DNA of 59,244 nucleotides from Planctomyces sp. (GTDB lineage: Bacteria; Planctomycetota; Planctomycetia; Planctomycetales; Planctomycetaceae). Positions 46,304 to 53,550 of the stretch are shown here, in pieces. Where the stretch lies: positions 1 through 59,244 of the forward strand of contig JAYTQM010000830.1 of NCBI GenBank assembly GCA_043746695.1, read 5' to 3'. The translations under genes and the position numbers were made by a program. The stretch's first letter is position 1, and every line of letters starts with the position of its first letter. The notes under the pieces were generated by a model. The model did not search any database. It was not told where the DNA came from and worked only from the letters and a program-made list of their open reading frames with translations.

Positions 46304-46612
46304 ATGATCCCCGTTTCTGATTCAACACCGGCGATGCTGCAAACCTTCTGCCTCGCGCATCAAATGCCCGAAGACCAACCGAGTTCGTTCGGCCTGATCT
46401 GTCGCGAGTGTCAGCAGCGTTTGCAAACCGAATCGCCGCAAGGCCGTTGCCGCAGCTTTTGGGAAAGTCAGCCGGTCATGAGCAACGGCGATCCGTGCGC
46501 GGTCTTCACACTCGCTTGGGACAACTTTCAGATTCGGTCATTGCATCAGAGCACCGCATGGGATGATCTCGAACGTGACGCAAGAGAGGTGTTGTCTTCA
46601 ACCCGCCGCTAA
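46304..46612 (+). CDS. hypothetical small protein
   Basis: 102-aa ORF with genome-like codon usage. No SD and no recognisable motif. Confidence 0.3.
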   Translation: MIPVSDSTPAMLQTFCLAHQMPEDQPSSFGLICRECQQRLQTESPQGRCRSFWESQPVMSNGDPCAVFTLAWDNFQIRSLHQSTAWDDLERDAREVLSSTRR

Positions 46613-46637
46613 TCCTCAAACAAACGCTGTTCTCCAG

Positions 46638-46752
46638 CTCCATCGAGCTTGCCTCGGTGGATTCCAGGCTTATGCACTACGAACGCTTTCACCCGAAATG
46701 CCACATCAAGTAGTGCCGAGGCCCGCGAGCCGCTGAGGCAAGCTCAATGGGG
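46638..46752. repeat. REPIN-like family 1, copy D (degenerate), overlapping a CDS 3' end
   Basis: CTCCATCGAGCTTGCCTCGGTGG..GCTTATGCACTACG, 28 nt, GTAGTGCCGAGGCCCGCGAGCCGCTGAGGCAAGCTCAATGGGG. Confidence 0.85.
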
Positions 46753-47548
46753 TTTCTTGGTTGAGCGCGATCTCTTCATCGCGCACGTCGGTCACGAACA
46801 TGCAACCGGGACTATGCGTGATGATCAGCGGCGGCTTCGCGGCCATGATCGCTGCTTGAGGCGTCACACCGCAGGCCCAGAAGACGGGAACCTCGTGGGC
46901 GTTCAGCGATACCGGATCGCCGAAGTCAGGACGGTCGATGTTCGTGATGCCGATTGCTGACGGATCGCCGATGTGGATCGGTGCTCCATGCACTGCCGGG
47001 TAACGTGAAGTGATTTGAACCGCGCGCACAGCATCGCTGGGTGTCATCGGCCGCATCGAAACGACGAGCGGACCATGAAACAGGCCCGCTGATCGGCAGG
47101 CGATGTTCGTCCGAAACATCGGCACGTTGACGCCGAGCTCGATGTGCCGCACCGGCAAGCCGGCTCGCAACAGCGCCGCCTCAAACGTGAACGAGCAGCC
47201 GATCACAAAGCTGACGAAATCGTCTTGCCAATACGCTGCGATGTCGGTCGGCTCATCAACCAACAGGCCATCACGCCACACACGGTAACGCGGCAAGTCC
47301 GTTCGCAAGTCTGCGTCCGGGGCCACGAGTCTCGGCACCGGATCACCCGGCTCGGTCACATCAAGCAACGGACAAGGCTTCGGGTTTCGCTGGCAGAACA
47401 GCAGAAAATCAAACGCCAATTCGCGCGGAAGGACAACGAGATTCGCCTGAGCGAACCCATCAGCCAGTCCACAAGTCGGCTTCGTCCAAGCACTTGATCG
47501 ACAGGCGGCACGCACGTCCGATCCGGCAGTGAGTTGGTGATTGCTCAT
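46706..47548 (-). CDS. putative hydro-lyase (DUF1445 / UPF0317, D-glutamate cyclase-like)
   Basis: [34 protein letters not shown] is highly characteristic. The last ~14 codons and the stop lie inside repeat copy D. Confidence 0.85.
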   Translation of the reverse strand: MSNHQLTAGSDVRAACRSSAWTKPTCGLADGFAQANLVVLPRELAFDFLLFCQRNPKPCPLLDVTEPGDPVPRLVAPDADLRTDLPRYRVWRDGLLVDEPTDIAAYWQDDFVSFVIGCSFTFEAALLRAGLPVRHIELGVNVPMFRTNIACRSAGLFHGPLVVSMRPMTPSDAVRAVQITSRYPAVHGAPIHIGDPSAIGITNIDRPDFGDPVSLNAHEVPVFWACGVTPQAAIMAAKPPLIITHSPGCMFVTDVRDEEIALNQETPLSLPQRLAGLGTT

Positions 47549-47632
47549 GATTGGCAGAGATTTCACCGCAAAGGCGCAAAGAACGCAAAGCGGCGGAGCG
47601 CCACCTTAAGTTGAAATCCCCTCCGCCTGTTT

Positions 47633-49885
47633 TCACGCAGCGGCAGCAGTCTCTGTTTCCGCTTCACTGTCAGGCAGGATGTGTGGCATCAGCAGCGTTT
47701 CGGCTTCGATCCGTTGTCGGCGATGAGTCATATACATCAACGCGGGAAGCATCAGTACGTCGCCGACCAACGCGGCGAGCATCAACGCGATCATCAGCCA
47801 GCCGAAGCGTGCGGTCGGAGCAAAGCTGCTGAGCGTCAGGCCGAGCATTCCGACGGTTGCAGTCAGCGTGGCTTGGATGAACGGGATGCTCGATTCCATC
47901 AGTGCGTGAAGCGAGGCGGTCGCGGCCGGATCGTCGTGGTCGGACTCCACCGCCAATGTATGATGGTGCCGGAAGCGAGACATGAAGTGAAACGTTCCAT
48001 CGACCGACATTCCCAACGCAATGCTTCCGGAAAGCATCATCGCAATATCAACCGGCCAACCAATCCAGCCCATGAAACCGTAAATCCAAATCAGCGGTGC
48101 GACGTTGGGAATCATCGCCAACACGCCACGCCACCAAGACCTCAAGAAGACCATCATCGCCAGCGTGATTAGACCCAGCGCGGCAATCACGCTCTGCCAG
48201 AAGCTTTCAAAGATCGCCTCTTGAGTGCTTTCAACTAACGCCGCCATACCAGTGATCGTGACCGGCTCATGCGCGAGCTTCGCGGTCAATTCTTCCATCG
48301 TTTTTTGGCGAGAGAACTTGTCATCGTTCCGAATTCGAATCGAGATGCGCCACAGTTGTTGGCCATGAGCCGAAAACTCGTCTTCGGTTTGTTTCTGCGA
48401 TGCACGCTTCAACAACGCCCCGAGTTCGATCGGGTTCTGAGGCAGTTCGTTCGGGAAAAATTTCGTCAGCGACAGCGTTTGATCGACTGCGGGATGTTGG
48501 CGAATCAGACCTTCAATCCCACGCACGTAATCGAGCTTGTCGGAAAACGGACGCTCGTCCGCGCCGCAATCGACCACCGCTTCGAGGCAATCCACGCGAG
48601 CCAGGTCGCGAGTGACTCGCAAGAAGTCTTGGCGCACTTTGGATTTCGCCGGCAGAAAGTCCACAACCTTCATGTCGGATTTCAGAAACATCACGCCGCC
48701 AGCGCAGAGCAACGTCATTGCGACTGTGGCGACAACGATTTTTTTGCTGCGATCGACGATCCAATTCGCAAACCCCAGTTCTCGGCGGCTGTCATTTTCA
48801 TTGCGGCGAGGCAACGTCGGACAGAACATCAACATCGCCGGTGTCAGTCCGAGTCCCGCGAACATTGCCATCACCGAACTGAAGGCTGAGGCATACGCGA
48901 ACTGGCGAATCGGCACGATGTCGCTGACCGACAACGCAATCTCACCGAGGCAAGTTGTGAGCGTCGCAATACAAGTCGGCCACCACGCGAGCTGAATTGC
49001 TCGTGCGGTCGGATGTGCGGCACCTTCGGCCAGCGCCTCTTGGTAGTAATAGAGGTAATGCACGCTGATCGACATTGTCAGAACCATCGTCAACACGGGG
49101 ATCGACGACAGGACAAAATTCATCTCGCCGCCGAAGACGTTGAGCAACACCGTGGTCGTGTTGATCGTCCACACCGTCAGCCCAAAGACCAGCAACGAGA
49201 GCTTCACTTCGCGGATCAAGTAGAACAGCAGACTGAAGCAGATGCCGAGCGTGATCGTGAAGTAAGAAACATTCGCCTCACGGCTGCCAAGTCGATCCAA
49301 CTCCGACACAAACAACGGAGCTCCCGCAATCATTGTTTGTGGGCCATCCAACTGGCAGTACTTCAACACATTCTTAACGGTATCAACGGTCGCGGAGCGA
49401 TGCTTCAGGCCGTAATCCGACAGGCACGCCGCCACTCCGATAAGGCGACCATCTGCGTTGGTAAACAATCCGAGTAGTCTGCGTTCGATCTCGTCGTTGG
49501 GCACATCATGATCGCGCAAAATCGCTCGCATTCGGTCGGGCGACATACTGCGACGAATACCGGGGACTCGCTCTAATCGACCACACAGCGATTCCACCAG
49601 CTTTGCGTTCGGAGCGTCTTTGTGGTTCAGATCAAACCCAATGAAGAGGAACTCTTCGACGCCGAACGTCCGCTTGAATTCTTCGTAACGCACCCGCGCG
49701 GGAGACGTCTGTGGCATCCACGTTTCAAGGTCGTTGTTCGAGCGAATGCTCAAAGACAATACCGTGAGCAGTGGTAGCGACAACAACACCGCGAACACCA
49801 TGCGGCGGTGAAAAATATCGTAGAAGCGACCGAGCATTCTGAATCCCATTCGTATGTCGCAACGCCTTGGAGTGGAATCACTCAT
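47633..49885 (-). CDS. MMPL/RND superfamily transporter
   Basis: Two 6-TM bundles separated by a soluble loop. About 750 aa, a size typical of HpnN-like MMPL proteins. Confidence 0.8.
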   Translation of the reverse strand: MSDSTPRRCDIRMGFRMLGRFYDIFHRRMVFAVLLSLPLLTVLSLSIRSNNDLETWMPQTSPARVRYEEFKRTFGVEEFLFIGFDLNHKDAPNAKLVESLCGRLERVPGIRRSMSPDRMRAILRDHDVPNDEIERRLLGLFTNADGRLIGVAACLSDYGLKHRSATVDTVKNVLKYCQLDGPQTMIAGAPLFVSELDRLGSREANVSYFTITLGICFSLLFYLIREVKLSLLVFGLTVWTINTTTVLLNVFGGEMNFVLSSIPVLTMVLTMSISVHYLYYYQEALAEGAAHPTARAIQLAWWPTCIATLTTCLGEIALSVSDIVPIRQFAYASAFSSVMAMFAGLGLTPAMLMFCPTLPRRNENDSRRELGFANWIVDRSKKIVVATVAMTLLCAGGVMFLKSDMKVVDFLPAKSKVRQDFLRVTRDLARVDCLEAVVDCGADERPFSDKLDYVRGIEGLIRQHPAVDQTLSLTKFFPNELPQNPIELGALLKRASQKQTEDEFSAHGQQLWRISIRIRNDDKFSRQKTMEELTAKLAHEPVTITGMAALVESTQEAIFESFWQSVIAALGLITLAMMVFLRSWWRGVLAMIPNVAPLIWIYGFMGWIGWPVDIAMMLSGSIALGMSVDGTFHFMSRFRHHHTLAVESDHDDPAATASLHALMESSIPFIQATLTATVGMLGLTLSSFAPTARFGWLMIALMLAALVGDVLMLPALMYMTHRRQRIEAETLLMPHILPDSEAETETAAAA

Positions 49886-50008
49886 CAGTGTCCTGAAGCG
49901 GCACTGTTCGACAAGCTCATGAACCTGTCTTCGTCATTCAGACGGACAACCAATCCCGTCTTGCCCAACCAGACTCTTCCTGTTTCACACGAACTCTCGA
50001 TCAAGCGA

Positions 50009-50120
50009 CCCCACCGAGCTTGCCTCGGTGGCTCGCGGGCTTTGGCACTACGGCAACCTTGATTTCGGATGAAACCACGTAGTGCAAAAGCCCAAATCCA
50101 CCGAGACAAGCTCGGTGGGG
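50009..50120. repeat. REPIN-like family 1, copy E (same orientation as copy B)
   Basis: CCCCACCGAGCTTGCCTCGGTGGCTCGCGGGCTTTGGCACTACG, 26 nt, CGTAGTGCAAAAGCCCAAATCCACCGAGACAAGCTCGGTGGGG. Family flanks extend it to about 49991-50142. Confidence 0.9.
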
Positions 50121-50388
50121 TTGATGGACCTCGCTTAATTGAGGGCTAGTGTGAAACGACAGTCCTCACTATCGACGCAGCTTCGCAGAGAACTGGGAAA
50201 AAGAGGCAGTTGCGTCAGGACCGCATTGCGCCACAGCCCCGTCAAAGCCCGAGAAGTTCGCCACGTTTCACCAAGCGGTCGATGAGCCGCACGAAGTCAC
50301 CGCATAGATTGCGATGCGCGATTTCTCGCTGAATACCGCCGGTTGATTTGACCAAGTGTGGCACGACGCTCCGAGTCGTGATTCTTTC

Positions 50389-50453
50389 GTAGAGTAGGCG
50401 GCTCGCCTGCTGCATTTTTCGTGAAAACAAACAGGCGAGCCGCCTGTTCTACG
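50389..50453. repeat. REPIN-like family 2, copy c
   Basis: CGTAGAGTAGGCGGCTCGCCTGCTG, about 18 nt, AACAGGCGAGCCGCCTGTTCTACG. Confidence 0.85.
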
Positions 50454-50475
50454 ATCGAGTCACGGAATGACTCGG

Positions 50476-51723
50476 CTACTTTACGGCAGACGCCGCTTGC
50501 TTCAGTTGCCGATCGAGCAGCGTCATCACCAGCGCTTGTTCCATTTCGCCGCTCTTGAAGCCGAACGGGCCACGGCCACCTTTGTAGGTGACTTTGCCGT
50601 CGGTATCGATCACGTAAAGGCGGGCGGGCATTCCGCTGTAAGCATTGCCGACGGGGTCGTTGATCTCATCAACCAACAACGGCATTGAGTACTTGAGCTT
50701 CGCGTAGCACTGTTGTGCCACCGACTTCCGCTCTGCAAAGTTTTGCGGCTGAGCGACCTTCACTCCGACCTTCGTGTTCGATTCCATCAACCAGCCGTCA
50801 CTCGGATGTGCTTCGCGAACATAGACAGCCAAAAAGGTCGCCTCGCTTTGATAGCGCTGACACAGCTCATCCACCATCGGATAGAACGAGCGAAACGGCC
50901 CGCACGTGAAGTTGCCGAAGACCAACACGATCGGCTTTGAACCGATCTGTTCGCTGAGCCGAATTTTGCGGCTGCCATCTTGAGTCAGCAGTTCAAAATC
51001 GGGAGCGAGTTCGTCCACCTTCGGTCCTTCATTCAACGATCCGACTTCACCGCGAAGTAGCCCGCGTACCAGCACTTCCTGATTCGGAGCATCTCCCGGC
51101 AAAAAGCCGGACGGGCCGCCGATCAACGCGTCACGCAAATCTTCTGACCGAATGAAATCTTTTCCCTGAGCGACCTTATCGAAGAACGTCTGCAACTCCT
51201 CGCGAGTCACTCGACCATCACCTTGTTGGTCGATGCGACGAAACAGGCGATTGACGATGCCAGACTGTTGCACGTACGGGTTTCTATCAGACCAATCGAA
51301 ATCGTCTGCGGCCGCTTGTCCGTCTTTATTGCGATCCAGCCGATTGAACATCTCCGGCGTCCCTTTGAACACCGCCGTGGAGATCGACTCAGACTCCGCC
51401 ACGCCGTGCAACTTCGCCAGCCATTCCCATGAATACCGCCCCTGAGCCGGCCCGAACCAACCCGACCCCGGTCCCATCTGCGACCCGCGAGCAATCGCAA
51501 TCAACATCCGCACCGACTCCGGCGGCTGAGCCGGTTCGTACTTTTTCTCAAGCTCATCAGCGAGCTTCTCAAGCTCCTCTGGCGACGAGCCTTTCTCTTT
51601 GATCAACGCTTCCAGCGCGGCCGCAGTCGGGATCGCTTCGGCGGCTGGCGGATCAGCGAACACGTTGGCGGTCATCATCCCCATTGAAATCAATCCTGCC
51701 AGAGTGAGTGCGAGACGTTGCAT
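50476..51723 (-). CDS. secreted EF-hand protein fused to an iodothyronine-deiodinase-like thioredoxin-fold domain
   Basis: Signal peptide, then EF-hand loops DRNKDGQAAADDF and DQQGDGRVTREEL. The C-terminus LVFGNFTCGPFR..VYVREAHPSDGW..PARLYVID.DGKV.YKGGRGPFGF matches the deiodinase active-site pattern, with Cys (TGC) at the Sec position. Confidence 0.8.
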   Translation of the reverse strand: MQRLALTLAGLISMGMMTANVFADPPAAEAIPTAAALEALIKEKGSSPEELEKLADELEKKYEPAQPPESVRMLIAIARGSQMGPGSGWFGPAQGRYSWEWLAKLHGVAESESISTAVFKGTPEMFNRLDRNKDGQAAADDFDWSDRNPYVQQSGIVNRLFRRIDQQGDGRVTREELQTFFDKVAQGKDFIRSEDLRDALIGGPSGFLPGDAPNQEVLVRGLLRGEVGSLNEGPKVDELAPDFELLTQDGSRKIRLSEQIGSKPIVLVFGNFTCGPFRSFYPMVDELCQRYQSEATFLAVYVREAHPSDGWLMESNTKVGVKVAQPQNFAERKSVAQQCYAKLKYSMPLLVDEINDPVGNAYSGMPARLYVIDTDGKVTYKGGRGPFGFKSGEMEQALVMTLLDRQLKQAASAVK

Positions 51724-51761
51724 GAGAGTGCCCTAATCCTAAAACAAGCGATCTCCACCAA

Positions 51762-51875
51762 CCCCACTGAGCATGTCTCAGTGGATTCGGGCTTTTGCAC
51801 TACGTCATGTTCCAATCGAAATCATGAACGCCGTAGTGCAAAAGCCCGCGAGCCACCGAGGCAAGCTCGGCGGGG
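51762..51875. repeat. REPIN-like family 1, copy F
   Basis: CCCCACTGAGCATGTCTCAGTGGATTCGGGCTTTTGCACTACG, 27 nt, CGTAGTGCAAAAGCCCGCGAGCCACCGAGGCAAGCTCGGCGGGG. The left flank AAAACAAGCGATCTCCACCAA is the reverse complement of copy B's right flank. Confidence 0.9.
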
Positions 51876-51940
51876 TCGCATATTTGTAGCCTGACGAGGC
51901 ATTTGTGTTATACCCCGACCCCACTTCTGAGATTTCCAGC

Positions 51941-53122
51941 TTACGGCGAGAACGTCGCCTGTGGTTGGCGGTTGAACTTCACGGTTGACGTTTCTTGAAG
52001 TTGCGAAATTTCGTTGGCAATCGTCGAGACACTTGCAGCGTCAGCGTGAATCGCCATTTCAAGTGTCAGTCGCCGCGAAGCTCCAGGGGCCAATGTCGTG
52101 ACTCGGCCTTGTGCTCGTTCAAAGCTGCGAACGTTGGGGAAGTTGGTTCCGGGTTCAAGTCCCGTGACATAGCCGTCTGCTTCGGCACCAGTGTTTTTCC
52201 AAAGCGTAAAGCAAGGAAAGTCGATCAACGAAAATCGCAAGCTCAAGCCGCGATCTCCCGCCGCGTTTCGCAAGAGCGTGACCGTTTGACGCTTTGCGTT
52301 GCCGATCAAGCGAAACAAATACGCTTGCTCGGCGTAGCCAACATCGGAACCTTCATACTTATCAAATGAGTCGATCCCTTCCGCCGCGCGCGCATCGCGA
52401 GGACTCATCTCCAGAACTGGTGCCAAAAAACGCCCGTCGGTGTCGAGGAACGGACGACCGATGTTGGTGTGATACAGCAATTGAAACTCGGCGGGCTTCG
52501 CGGAAAGGTTCGTCACTTCATCAATGATCGTGAGGCTGTTTGATCCGACCGTCGTTTCAATCGTCGAGGTCAACCGCAAGCAGGGGCCGAACATCGAGCA
52601 CTCATCGACGACTCCGGTCACGGCGAGTTTGCCGGTTGCGGAATCGGTACTGAACTCGACTCGATGTGCCGGTGTGTTGGCGATCTTCCCGTGTAACGTC
52701 AGCTCGCCGAGGATTGGATGATCTTTGAAGTCCGCGTCGCGACCGGGCGGCCCCATGAACGACAGACCGCAACGGCAAAGCAACTCGTTGAAGCCCGCCA
52801 ACCAACCGAGTCCGCCGCGTTCGGTCTGATTGACGAACGCCGGATTCACCGGCAACTTCACCGGCGAATCCCAGCCAATCGGAATCCCTTGAAAGCTGCC
52901 GCGCCACAAGCCCATGCCGCGCGTCGGCAAGACTTCCATCCGCAACGCACCGTTGTCGAGTTCGACGACATCGACGCCGTCCGACAACCCACCTTTCATC
53001 CGCCGCTGCCGCACGGACCAATTGGTCGAACCGGCCAGCGGCGTGCTCGCTCCGGTCAATTCAAAGTGATCGTGATAAACGTGGTTCGCGACATCCGTCA
53101 AAACGCGACGCTCAACAGACAT
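51941..53122 (-). CDS. DUF4432 / aldose 1-epimerase-like family protein
   Basis: Assigned from size and the pattern GG.S.GVDVVELDNG.L...VLPTRGMG.W and LHG.I.N.PA, from memory of the family only. Confidence 0.7.
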   Translation of the reverse strand: MSVERRVLTDVANHVYHDHFELTGASTPLAGSTNWSVRQRRMKGGLSDGVDVVELDNGALRMEVLPTRGMGLWRGSFQGIPIGWDSPVKLPVNPAFVNQTERGGLGWLAGFNELLCRCGLSFMGPPGRDADFKDHPILGELTLHGKIANTPAHRVEFSTDSATGKLAVTGVVDECSMFGPCLRLTSTIETTVGSNSLTIIDEVTNLSAKPAEFQLLYHTNIGRPFLDTDGRFLAPVLEMSPRDARAAEGIDSFDKYEGSDVGYAEQAYLFRLIGNAKRQTVTLLRNAAGDRGLSLRFSLIDFPCFTLWKNTGAEADGYVTGLEPGTNFPNVRSFERAQGRVTTLAPGASRRLTLEMAIHADAASVSTIANEISQLQETSTVKFNRQPQATFSP

Positions 53123-53249
53123 GTATGGCTCCGAGGAAACTCAAACTCAAAACGAAGAAACTCGAACGACGTCAATCGACGTGGTTCGAGTTTCAGGTTT
53201 CTGCCGATGAGTTTCAACGCCACGAACGATCTCGCTCGGGCAGACCCTC

Positions 53250-53344
53250 CCCCACTGAGCTTGCCTCAGTGGAATCGGGCCTTTGCACTACGAGTTAGTA
53301 AGCGTAGTGCAAAAGCCCTAAGACCACCGAAACAAGCTCGGTGG
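53250..53344. repeat. REPIN-like family 1, copy G (short 10-nt spacer)
   Basis: CCCCACTGAGCTTGCCTCAGTGGAATCGGGCCTTTGCACTACG, spacer AGTTAGTAAG, CGTAGTGCAAAAGCCCTAAGACCACCGAAACAAGCTCGGTGG. Confidence 0.9.
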
Positions 53345-53359
53345 TCTCGACACAACTAC

Positions 53360-53471
53360 GTAGCCATCACGCTCCGCGTGATGAGCCGGATACTTCAAAC
53401 AGCTTTAATTCCGGTAAGTATCGTTGACTGTTGGGAGCGACCGGCTCGTCACGCGGAGCGATGACGGCTAC
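53360..53471. repeat. REPIN-like family 4 (single doublet)
   Basis: GTAGCCATCACGCTCCGCGTGATGAGCCGG, 51-nt spacer, CCGGCTCGTCACGCGGAGCGATGACGGCTAC. Each unit is a GTAG followed by a 7-bp hairpin. A fragment AGCGACCGGCTCGTCA also occurs at about 20646-20661. Confidence 0.8.
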
Positions 53472-53504
53472 GTAATTCTTCGGCTTCGCCGAGTTGTGTA
53501 GAGA

Positions 53505-53527
53505 CCACCGAGACAAGCTCGGTGGGG
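53505..53527. repeat. REPIN-like family 1, isolated terminal hairpin (half copy H)
   Basis: CCACCGAGACAAGCTCGGTGGGG lies in direct orientation to the terminal hairpin of copy G, separated from it by the family-4 doublet. Confidence 0.8.
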
Positions 53528-53550
53528 TCACAATCTTTTCGATGACGAAA

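Noticed and set aside
50242-50430. 62-aa minus-strand ORF.
   Set aside because: Its N-terminal part is encoded by family-2 repeat copy c. It has no SD and no motif.
50890-50925. Checked whether the deiodinase-like domain uses an in-frame TGA (selenocysteine).
   Set aside because: The active-site codon is TGC (Cys). There is no in-frame TGA and no SECIS-like hairpin is needed.
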